Assembly (NCBI GenBank): GCA_030390025.1
Contig: CM059432.1
Span: 87,856,001-87,920,000 of the forward strand
Direction of reading: 5' to 3'
DNA: 64,000 nt
From: Squalus acanthias
Taxonomy: Eukaryota
The position numbers and the translations under genes were made by a program. How positions within the stretch are numbered: the stretch's first letter is position 1; each line of letters begins with the position of its first letter. The notes beneath the pieces were generated by a model, which searched no databases, was not told the origin of the DNA, and was given only the letters and a program-made list of their open reading frames with translations. Positions 11,465-22,694 of the stretch are shown one piece after another.

Positions 11465-13305
11465 TTAAAAAATATCATTCTGGGGATATGCGTGTCACTA
11501 GCAAGCCCAGCATTTATTGACCATCCCTAGTTGCCCTTGAGAAGATGGTGGTGAGCCTTCTTTTTGAACCACTGCAGTCCATGTGATGAAGATACACCCA
11601 AGTTTTGTTAGGTAGGAAATTCCAGGAATTTGACCCAACGACGATGAAGGAACAGCGATATATGTTCAAGTCAGGATGATGTGTAACTTGGAGGGGAACT
11701 TGGACATGATGGCGTTCCCATACACCTGCTGCCCTTGTCCTTCTAGGTGATGGAGGTCGCAGGTTTAAGAGGCGCTGTCAAAGAAGCCTTGGCGAGTTGC
11801 TGCAGTGCATCCTGTGCACCGGTGGTCGAGGGAGTGGATGTTTATGGTGGTGGATGGGCTGCTGATCAAGTGGCCTGCTTTGTCTTGGATAGTGTCAAGC
11901 TTCTTGAGTGTTGTTGTAGCAGCATCCATCCAGGCAAGTGGAGAGTATTCCATCACACTCCTGACTTGTGCCTTGTACGTGGTTCAGAGGCTTTGGGGAG
12001 TCAGGAGGTGAGCCACATGTTGCAGAATACCCAGCTTCTGACCTGCTCTAGTAGCCACAGCATTTATTTGGCTGGTCCAGTTGAGTTTCTGGTCAATGGC
12101 GACTCCCAGGATGTTGATGTTGGGGGATTTGGCGATGGTAATGCCATTGAATGTCAAGGGGAGGTGGTTAGACTCTCTCTTGTTGGAGATGGTCATTGCC
12201 TGGCACTTGTATAATACGAATGTTACTTGTCACTTTTCAGCCCAAGCCTGGATGTTGTCCAGGTCTTGCTGCATGCAACATGGACTGCTTCATTATTTAA
12301 CAAATTGTAAATGGATCATCCACTCAGCACTTCTGGCTGAAGATGGTTGAGAATGCTTCAGCTTGTCTTTTGCACGCACATGCTGGACTCCACCATCATT
12401 GAGCATCGGGACTTTCGTACAGCCTCCTCCTGTAGTTGCTTAATTGTCCTCCACTATTTGTGTCTGGATGTGGCAGGACAGCAGAGCTTTGACCTGATCT
12501 GTTGGTTGTGGGATTGCTTAGCTCTGTCAACAGAATGCTGCTTCCTCTGTTTAGCATGCAAGTAGTCCTGTGTTGTGACACCTCACTTTCAGCTACGCCT
12601 GGCATGCTCTTCTACACTCATTATTGAACCAGGGTTGGTCGCCTGGCTTGATGGAGGAGTGATGGGTATGCCGAGCCGTGAGGTTACAGATTGTGGTGGA
12701 ATACAATTCTGCTGATGATTGCTCATAGCGCCTCATGAATGCCAAGTTTTGAGCTGCCAGATCCGTTCTTAATTTCTTCAACTTAGCACAGTGGTAATGC
12801 CACACAACACGATGGAGGGTGTCCTCAGTCTGGCAGCTATGTCCTTCAGGACTCGGCCAGCTCAGTCAGTGATGGTACTACCGAGCCAATCTTGGTGATG
12901 GATATTGAAGTCGCCCACCCAGAGTATATCCTGTGCCCTTGCTACCCTCAGTGTTTCCTCCAAGTGTTGTTCAATAAGGAGGAGTACTGATTCATCAGCT
13001 GAGGGAGGGCGGTAGGTGATAATCAGCAGGAAGTTTCCTTGTCCATGTTTGACCTGAAGCCATGAGACTTCATGGGGTCCAGAGTCAACATTGCGGACTC
13101 CCAGGGCCACTCCTTCCCGACTGTATACCACTGTGCCCCTGCCTCTGGTGGGTCTGTCCTGCTGGTGGGACAGGACATACCCAGGGATGGTGATGGAGGA
13201 GTCTGGGACGTTGGCTGATATGTAGGATTTTGTGAGTATGACTATGTCAGGCTGTTGCTTGACTAGTCTGTGTAACAGCTTTCCTATCTCTAGCACTAGT
13301 CTCCC
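11465..13305 (-). mobile_element. LINE family B copy with internal deletions
   Basis: APE domain at 12862-13296 (LVKQQPDIVILTKSY...GDFNIHH), RT C-terminus at 11765-12300, 3' tail at about 11465. Confidence 0.9.
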
Positions 13306-13399
13306 TGCCCATTGTCTTTGGTCCTCACTGCAAACTCAATACTGTTGCGACTGGTTCCATCCCCCTGCCCGGCCACTATCTCAGGTTGAACTAGACTAT

Positions 13400-14096
13400 T
13401 TACCACCATGCTGTCCTATTTGAACCTGAGTTGAATTTCCTCTCCATCACAAAGACTGCCTACTTCCACGTCCATAACATTATCTGCCTCGAACTCTGCA
13501 TCAACACTACTGAAACTCTCCTTTTTCACCTCCAGTCTCGAGTATTCCAGTGCTCTCCTGGCTGTGCTCCCATCTTCCACAATCTGTAAATATTAGTTCA
13601 TCCAAAACTCGGCTGCTTCTGATCCTATCCCACATCAAGTCTCACTCACCCATCACTCCTGTCCTTGCTGACCTATGTTGACTTCCGGTCCCCACATGTC
13701 TCTAATTTAAAATTCTCATCCTCATGTTTAAATCCCATCACTGCCTTGCCCCTCCCCATCTTTGCAATCTCTTCCAGCCCTACAACCCATCCACAACCCT
13801 CTGTTCTTCCAATTTTGGCCTCTTGTGCATCTCTGCGCCCTTCACCCCACCATTGGCAACCGTGGCTTCAGGCATCTACGTTCCACGCATTGTAATTCTC
13901 ATCCTAAACCCCTCTGTATTCCCATCTCCCTCTCTTCCTTTAAAATTCTTCCCAAAAAACTACCTCTTTGACCAAGCTTAAATCAAAATCTCCTTCTTTG
14001 TCTCGACTTACATTTTTGTCTGATTAGGTCTCGGTTAGCACTTTGGGACATTTTTCTAGTTTAAAGGGATATATAAATGCAAGTTGATGTTGTTGT
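13400..14096 (+). mobile_element. L2-type LINE 3' end
   Basis: Decayed L2 C-terminal sequence (SSLEYSSALLA..., ...PITPVLADL), ending ...TATAAATGCAAGTTG(A/T)TGTTG, a tail also used by the SINEs. Confidence 0.7.
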
Positions 14097-16669
14097 ATCT
14101 ATGTTAGCTCAGTTGTACTGAGGCTATAGGAGGACTTGTAGGCATTGATTCCATAGTAAAATACTTCAAAGTCATGTGAAGGCTTTAGCTAAAAAACGAT
14201 CCCTGTTGTGCTGTTCAATGACATTTGCAAAAATAAACAAGAAAGACTACTTTTAAATCTAGTGTGGCAAACTTACTATTTCGATATTTCAATTACAGTC
14301 CCTAAATTAATTAAATCACAAATTTTGCTGGGGCTGTTTTTGCTAGAATGTACTGTTAATTTCAAAATAATGGCTGGGGAAATGTTACTTTAAGGAATTC
14401 GTTTTGCTTCTGTTTTCTAAAGCACAAATGTGTTTTCCATTACTGATTACCTACAATAATATACCCAGTACTTGGAATATGTCAAACAATTAATTATTTT
14501 ATTGTTTATACTGCTATAGTAGAGTACAGATGAATGCATCTCTCATCCAAGTATAATTCTGATTAGATCCAAATACAGAATTATAATTACATTCAATCAG
14601 TTCCCATTTACTCCCACTATATAAAAATTCTAATCTTAAATATGTAATCCTGCTCCAAGCATAAAATGATTCCCAATTATTCATATTTTCTTTTCTCATC
14701 CCATTGAATGCCATCAGTATAATAATTTCAACCACAGCTTGCACACTAACAACCTAACAACAAAATATTTTTAAATTTAAATTCACGTTCAGTATTAGTG
14801 CTTGCATAGTGTTAAAACACAAGCAAATCTGTAAAAATACTAATTGAAGCATCTCTTGACAAACCAATTGTATTTTAAAAAGAACAAAAAACCTAAGCTT
14901 AAAAATTATGGTCAGCAAAGGATTAATGGAGATGTAGCCAGTTAACAAGCCACCAGGGATTCCTTCCATGTTTGGGGTTAGCTACTGCTGTGACCACTAC
15001 TTTCTGATATAATTGGGCTGACCAGCTCCCAGGACTGTACCCAGGAACCATCCAGCACAGCCTGGGCATCATCTGTAGCGGTGGAGCACACCCTGGGCCA
15101 CGTGGTGTCATAAAAATCCCTGTCTCCGGAGAAGTAATAAACAGCGTGTTGAGCCCTTTCCTCTGAAAAAAGATCAAGAAGGTTGCCAGGAAGGTTTTGG
15201 AATGGTCCTAAGGCACCAGAAATCTTCCACTCAATCCCAGGGAGCCATACCTAAACCATCCAGGTTGACTGCCGGAAGGAGCAGGGACAGAGCAAAGAGG
15301 AGATCAGAATGAATCCTTTTTGCAATGGCATTCCAAAAGATCAAAGTTGGTCAGACCTTTTAGTGCTGCCTTTACTTTGACTGCTTGGGCTAGGGCTCAG
15401 GTGTAAAAAAGCTGGTTGTACCATGGTGCAGGGAACAGGGAAATGAGATTAGAGTAGATGGAAAGGAAAATCGGGCGAGGTTTCTAATGGGCAGCCAATC
15501 CGCTATCACCTATTTTCCACCACCTCTGAAAGTTAAAATTTGCCCTGTTATCTCCAATCGAAGAGCTAGCAGTTGAACAAGCACAATGGGCAGAATGTCC
15601 TCCTTTTCTGCCGTAACTTCAATGATTCTATGATCCTTCACATACATACCTCATTGCTTCTTGAGCTCCTGAGAAGGTTTGCATCGTAAGAGCTCTTTTT
15701 TCATTTCCCCTCTTTTTTCAGCTCATCCTAATCTGCTGAAGTCTTGTAAGTGCTTCAATTACACTTGGCTTGTTGATGAATTCGCAGACAATATTCTACT
15801 ATTTTAGGTTCCACATCAACATGGTAAAGGAGAGAAAAATAGTCCCCAAAAAAGACAAAGAGAATTCATAAAATGCCAACAAAAATTCATAACAGAAGCC
15901 AGTACAGTAAAAAATAAAAAGGCTAAAAAGCATCAGCCTTCTTAACAGCCGTAGTACTCATGCAGCTTCCTGTAGACTCAGACAACAGGAGCAACCTGCC
16001 CAATCCCGTGTGTGGTTGGTCCTCCTTTTATCTGTTGTCTTGTTCTACAAGCAAATAAATAATGTTGAGATGTTGGAAGTTTGAAGAACACAGATGCCTA
16101 CCTGCGTCCCACTGTGTGTGTGAGTAAATAAACATACATCATGCACCAGGATTTGTTGTAAGCCTGTTTTGCAGGTATAACTTTATAGATATGACAATAA
16201 TTCCTGATTTTAGTCGCAGCTGGAAAATACGGCCTGTAGCTATATGGACATGTGTGTAAATCTATGAAAGAGCTATAATGTTGTCTGACTGCTTTGCACA
16301 TGACTTCAGTCAAGGTGTAACCGATTGAGAGGAAACTCTTTGTGGCTTGCACACTTTATCCATGTGTTGTCCAGGGAAATACTGGCTAGCCTTATCTCAG
16401 CAGATTTCCAGGGGCTGACAACCTTTTACCTCACCTGCTGCCAGTTTCTCTATGTTAGACATTGCATTTGTCCTCTTGGTCACCTCCTCCTGCACATTGC
16501 AAACAGTTGTCCTGTGTGGAGGCTTCTCCCGCATCTTTCATCCACCTCTTAAAGGAGCAGCGCTACAACTGTTATCACTAAAAGGAAGTCTTCTTCACAC
16601 CTGGAGCACCTGGGGGACCATTCTCTTGCCAAGATTTCTTCTGAGGCTCTAACTTTCTGTATATGAATC

Positions 16670-17065
16670 AAAATCCACTCCCCCTTTTAAATGGCAGCTG
16701 CAGCTATTTAAGAGCTGCCACAGCATATGATATCCTACCCCCCGCCCACATTAAGTAAGTTATACCAGCAGGCCCATCCGGGACAGGAGCTCACCATTAA
16801 TAAATCAGTAGGCCAACTCCGGAGGATCCAGCAAGCTTGGCCAAACTGACAGGGGTGGGAGGGTGAGAGGCGGAGGTGATCGAGAGGGAGAGGGCCTTTA
16901 AGAAGCAGAGGAGACGATTGGGAGGGGGCCAAGTGGGGCCCAGCAACGGTCTTCAGGACTACAATGGACTCTGGAGGAGCATTCCTGCTCCTCCCAGCTC
17001 CATATTCAGGTAAGTATTTTTTGAAAAACTTACCTTTTTGTTGGGGGCCTCCAGCAGTTCCTTTA
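16670..17065. mobile_element. Harbinger-type MITE fragment truncated by the adjacent CR1
   Basis: Shares GGAGCA..CTGCTCCTCC.GCTCCA.ATTC.GGTAAGT...ACTTACC with the MITE at 55443-56080. Confidence 0.55.
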
Positions 17066-17074
17066 TATGTCTTC

Positions 17075-18910
17075 TATAAGCTTCTATAGGTATGTTAAAA
17101 GGAAAAGACTGGCGAAGGTAAATGTAGGTCCTTTACAGTTAGAGATGGGAGAATTTATAATGGGGAATGAGGAAATGGCTGGGAAATTAAATAAATACTT
17201 TGTTTCTGTCTTCACGGAGGAAGACACAAAAAACCTCCCAGAAATACGAGAAAACCAAGGGTCTGGCGAGAATGAGGAACTTAAAGAAATTATTATTAGT
17301 AAAAAAACAGTACTAGCAAAATTAATGGGATGAAAAGTCGATAAATCTCAAGGACCGGATGACCGACATCCTAGGGTTTTGAAAGAGGTGGCCATTGGGA
17401 TAGTGGACGCATTGGTTGTCATCTTCCAAAATTCTATAGATTCTGGAACGGTTCCTGCAGATTGGAGGATAGCAAATGTAACCCCGCTATTTAAGAAAGG
17501 AGGGAGAAAGAAAACGGGGAACTACAGACCTGTTAGCTTCACATCAGTAGTTGGGAAAATGCTGGAATCTATTATAAAGGATGCAATAACTGGGCACTTA
17601 GAAACTAATAGTAAGATTGGGCAGAGTCAACATGGATTTATGAAAGGGAAGTCCTGTTTGACAAACCTATTGGAGTTCTTTGAGGATGTAACTAGTGGAG
17701 TAGACAAAGGGGAACCGGTAGATGTGGTGTATTTGGATTTTCAGAAGGCCTTCGATAAGGTCCCACACAAGAGGTTGGTGAACAAAATTAGGGCACATGG
17801 AATTGGGGGTAATATACTAGCATGGATTGAGAATTGGTTAACAGACAGAAAACAAAGAGTAGGGATAAACGGGTCTTTTTCAGGATGGCAGGCTGTGACT
17901 AGTGGGGTACCGCAAGGATTGGTGCTTGGGCCCCAGCTATTCACAAGCTATATCAATGATTTGGATGAGGGGACTAATTGTAACATTTCCAAATTTGCTG
18001 ATGACACAAAGCTAGGTGGCAATGGCAGTTGCGAAGAGGATGTGAAGAGGCTTCAAGGGGATTTCAACAGGCTCAGTGAGTGGACGAGAACATGGCAGGT
18101 GGATTATAATGTGGATAAATGTGAAGTTATCCACTTTGGTAGAAAAAACAGAAAGGCAGAGTATTTCCTAAATGGTGAAAGATTGGGGAATGCAGATGCT
18201 CAAAGGGTCCTGGGTGTCCTTGTACATGAGTCACTGAAAGTGAATGTGCAGGTGCAACAAGCCATTAGGAAGGCAAATGGTATGCTGGCCTTCATTACAA
18301 GAGGATTTGAGCACAGGAGTAAAGAAGTCTTACTCCAATTATGTAGGGCCTTGGTGAGACCACACCTGGAGTACTGTGTACAATTTTGGTCTCCTTACCT
18401 AAGGAAAGATATACTTGCCATAGAGGGAGTGCAACAAAGGCTCACGAGATTGATTCCTGGGATGGCGGGACTGTCGTATGAGAAGAGATTGAGTAAACTA
18501 GGCCTGTATTCTCTTGAATTCAGAAGAATGAGAGGGGATCTCATTGAAGCATACAAAATTATTACAGGGCTTGATAGGGTGGATGCTGGGAGAATGTTTC
18601 CCTTGGCTGGGGAGTCTAGAACCAGGGGCCACAGCCTCAGGAGACCATCGAGATGAGAAGAAATTTCTTTACACAGAGGGTGGTGAATCTTTGGAATTCT
18701 CTACCCCAGAGGGCTGTGGAGGCTCAGTCATTGGGTATATTCAAAACAGAAGTCGATAGATTTCTGACTAGTAAGGGCATCAAGGGATATGGCGATAAGG
18801 CCGGTGAATGGAATTGAGTCAGAAGATCAGCCATGATCTCATTGAATGGCGGAGCAGGCTCGAAGGGCCGAATGGCCTACTCCTGCTCCTATTTCTTATG
18901 TTCTTATGTC
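17075..18910 (+). mobile_element. 5'-truncated CR1 LINE with a 425-aa open RT segment
   Basis: ORF 17379-18656 carries the RT motifs (QHGFMK, YLDFQKAFD, PQG, FADD); (TTCTTATG)n tail. Confidence 0.95.
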
Positions 18911-19516
18911 CTGTACTACTACTTTACAGTAATAATCAGGCTTTACCTTGATGCTCTTTTCTCTTTTGTGCAGTTTCTTCCAGATCTTCATCCAGATACT
19001 TCCATGTTTTTGAGACTGCATTGATCTATCCTGCAGCATGCTGCCATGCTCATTGTCTCGTGTCCATAGTTGGAAGCCATTTCCCCCCACTAAAAACCTC
19101 CTCATTTTTCTCCATTTCAGCAGTTCACAGTAAATGGAAGACTTGCCTGGTAAAATTAGCTTTTCAAACAGTGTGTGGAGGTATTTCATATAAATATTGC
19201 TTTCTCCAGAGCTTTTCAACATTTAGGCTGGTTGAGGAACTTATTATTATAGCTGGAATGTTGTGATTAGTTGCTTTCTGTTCTCAATAACAAAATTGCA
19301 TTCTTATGAATTGCACCACGATTGTAATTAAACTGGAGTCCCATGATTTAGTCGTAAATTTAGATTAAAAAAGGGCAATTCTCATGTTTTTTTCTTGAAC
19401 AAAGGGAATTTTAGCCTCAGTTAGGTGTCAGGTGCTAACAGGAGGTGAGAGTTTCTATTTAATTGAAATTATTCTCTTAGTTTCTTCCTTCCTGTTTAAT
19501 TAATCTGTTGTGCAAC

Positions 19517-21134
19517 TGTAGAGTTTCGCAATTATCGCGATTCAAATAACATGAGAGAAGCAGATTCAATTGATCAGTTTTATTAAACGAAATGCTATCC
19601 TGATAATAAAGGACACAGAAGCCTGTAAAATGGCCGCCGCGCATCGTGGCAGAAGCTTCCAGAAACACAGTGGGCAGACAAGATGGCGTCGAATATACAT
19701 TTCAGTATAAGATTGGATCATACTCGGTACACATTGATAAAGACAGGATGCAACCCGTTTGCATTGTGAACAATAGCAATGATATAAGTGCTGGAATCGT
19801 TTTCCTATGCACAGTAAGAATCATTGAACTGGGCAATCGAAGGCCCATCCAGACACATCAATACACAAATACCCCCCCGGCTCAACAATGAGAGAGACAT
19901 TGGCGGGTGATTAAGCCAGTATTCGGGGGGCCCCAAAACCAGTCGAGGAGACGATTCATACACATCCTGGCTGGTTCAACAATAGGGAAGACATTAACGG
20001 ATAGTTGGCCAGTTTCAGGTGCTACCGAAACCCGTTAAGAAGATAATCGCCCCATGCTGGGAGTTTTAAGCGCCAAAATCACACAAAGGATAAACATTAA
20101 GATTTGAGCGGGAGATAAAGCGGACACAACAGTATAACTATAGAGAACAAATGTCCATCGGGCTCTTGACTCTTCCTGAACTCGCTTGATTTGTGGGCTC
20201 TTGATTTTCTCTCTGGACTTTGTTGACTCTTGACTCTTAGCCGTACTGGTCGGTTATTCGAGTGTTGGGTGGAGCTCAATCGGAACGAGCCGCCCCGACA
20301 AGGGCAAGTAACAGGGTACACCATCCCGAGTGTCGGTAAACGGTGTCTGGACCCGGAGGCCCGAGAAAACGAGAAGAGAAGAAGACGAGAAGAAATTCCA
20401 CGTGCCGCCACGGTCAGTAAACCCCGACCGCGCCCGAAAATATATAACGACAAGAACTTTCCTTTGAGTTCTACCGAATTCTACATGTACCGTAACACAG
20501 GAAGATCCTTCTTTGAATTCTAAGACGGTTTGAGTCCATCGACTGCTTCATGACAACAGGGAGTCTGGCCTGCTTTTCGCAGCAGCGAAAGTAAACAAGT
20601 GGGGTGCAGAAACCCTTCCAAACACGTGACAGTCAGGTGCTGCAGCGAAACGAGCTGAGTGCCTCACTTTAAAATCTCCGAAGTAAGCCGAATGGTGAGC
20701 ATGTTTTCCGATCCTACAAATCCAGACGTAGTTTAGGTATTGTTAAGGGAGGGGGGTTTTTAATCAGGTTAAGGTAAAATGTGTTCCCCTTTTTACGATG
20801 TGCCGTGTGTTCTCCATTTCCATAGACCAAGCTTTATGTATGTGTGTATACTTGTACTCTCTTTGATTTGCGCCTATGACATGTATTTCATGATTTTAGA
20901 TGCCATGCAATAAAGATTTTCATTTTGTGCTATTCAACCGGGTCTATTTGAGTTTTTCTCTGCATTACTGCTCCTTGCATCTAAGTCCAGGTGTCAGAAC
21001 CGTAAGGGCGAGTGGGTCAAACCACTCACAGGTGCTTATTGCAAAAAGGCTGGCCGGAGACCAGAGCAAGCAATAGTATAGGCAACGAAGGCCTAACCTT
21101 GCACCAGCACCGTCTGAGACACACCCCCCTTACA
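19517..21134 (+). mobile_element. Solo LTR, 1618 bp (ERV or Gypsy)
   Basis: Begins TGTA and ends TACA. CAAC sits on both flanks (19513-19516, 21135-21138). Internal TATATAA at 20441 and AATAAA at 20909. CpG-rich relative to its flanks. Confidence 0.7.
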
Positions 21135-21160
21135 CAACTGAATCTACACAACACTCACAT

Positions 21161-21209
21161 CATTGTTAGGGAACAACAACAACAACAACAACAACAACAT
21201 TGTTAGGGA
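21161..21209. repeat. (AAC)n microsatellite flanked by a 12-bp direct repeat
   Basis: CATTGTTAGGGA at 21161-21172 and 21198-21209. Confidence 0.85.
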
Positions 21210-21280
21210 GCCTCATTGTAATAGCCTATATTGTATTGTGATTTACATTTGTGATGTCTAAATCAATGAATCATTCAATG

Positions 21281-21495
21281 AAACAACAACAGAAAACACT
21301 GGAAAAACTCAGCAGGCCAGGCAACATCCGTGGAGAGAGAAACAGAGTTAACGTTTCAGGTCGAAACCCTTCGTCAGAACTCGACCTGAAACGTTAACTC
21401 TGTTTCTCTCTCCATGGATGTTGCCTGGCCTGCTGAGTTTTTCCAGCGTTTTCTGTTGTTGTTTCAATTTTCCAGCATCCGCAGTATTTTGCTAT
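21281..21495. mobile_element. Penelope-like pseudo-LTR end in inverted (hairpin) arrangement
   Basis: About 83-bp near-perfect inverted arms (21281-21363 / 21381-21463). Sequence matches the 3' end of the Penelope element at 46255-46390. Confidence 0.85.
21344..21381 (-). ncRNA. Minimal type I hammerhead ribozyme motif (Penelope-type)
   Basis: Minus strand AGTT-CTGACGA-AGGGT TTCG ACCT-GAAA-CGTT-AACT gives the CUGANGA core, stem II, GAAA, palindromic stem III and stem I. Confidence 0.7.
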
Positions 21496-22154
21496 CGAAT
21501 CATTCAATGAATATTGCCTTGTTAGTTTTTAACTTTCAAGTTTATGAAAAGTAGTTATAAAAGCTTGGCTGCATGTTACTTGAAAACATTTAACTTTTTC
21601 TGACAGTTTCATGCTAGATTTCTTTTTTTCATGTTGATTGGCTACTCTCTCTTCCAGAAAGAAACTTCAAACATTTCCTACATTTTTCCAATACTGGATC
21701 TCTACTCTTAATTCAGACCACCTCATACTGCACTGATATGACATTGGCATTCTCGCACACTTTGTTACTGTGACCTTTCAGAAGAAGACTTATGCTGATC
21801 TGCACAACATATTTTGGGCAAAAATACACTAGGATAATGCCAATATTTTTTTGAAATCATCAAACTGCTCAAGCACACACTGTACCATATAAATGTTGCC
21901 AAGCAGCACTCAGACTGCAGTCTAATCATTAAATAAGGTGCTATCAATCCTAGAAACTATAGTTGGTTGTACTTATTGTAAGTGTTAATGTTCACCAAAG
22001 GAATACCTTTCATGTTCAGTTTGCTGAATTTTCAGATATAATTTGTGTCATGGCAGCAAACAGTAAATAACCCATTTTTAGCACAACTCTTAGGTCATCT
22101 TTAAATAGTGCCATGGCATCTTTTCCATTCACTGAAACAGGTAGATAAAAGAAG

Positions 22155-22602
22155 AAAGAAAGAACTTACATTTACAAAGTATCGTTCATTATGTCAGGAC
22201 GTCCCAAAGTGCTTTACAACCAATGAAGTACTTTTGAAGTGTTTTAATGTAAGTACAGATAGGGCCTTGGTTAACATTTCATCTGAAAAATGACATTTCA
22301 ACAACGCTGTGCTACACTGAAGTGTCAGCCTAAATTATTCACTCAAGTCTTTGGGCAAGATCTTGACTCTGCAATAGTGTAAAACAGGTGATAGGGAGTC
22401 AGCAGCCCGTTTTACATCTTTCCCGATTTTTATTTCCATTGCGTCAAAGGAAATAAACATCACGAGAGATGTGAAACGGGCTGCCGACGCCCTATCACGT
22501 GTTTCACACTATCGCACAAAATCAGCATCAACCACTTGGAGTGAGATTTGAACCCTGAACCATCTGGCTCCGAGATGAGAATGCTACTAACCGAACCAAG
22601 CT
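22155..22602 (-). mobile_element. Degenerate Deu-SINE (SacSINE1-like), interrupted by a palindromic MITE
   Basis: tRNA-like head at 22540-22602 (minus strand: CTTGGTTCGGTTAGTAGC...GGTTCAAATC), Deu-domain remnants, L2-like tail. Homologous to 55157-56236. Confidence 0.7.
22353..22534. mobile_element. Palindromic (foldback) MITE
   Basis: Arms 22370-22440 and 22445-22516 are reverse complements over most of their length. Confidence 0.75.
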
Positions 22603-22694
22603 GAGGTGTGTTCGATGGCTCCTGTATGTTGAACCCGTTAAATTAATAATTATGAAAAAGTTGTACACTATTGTACAACTAATGCTAATATAAT

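Noticed and set aside
17379..18656. Functional reverse transcriptase gene
   Set aside because: 5'-truncated CR1 with an upstream stop, no endonuclease, and a deletion/frameshift at the C-terminus.
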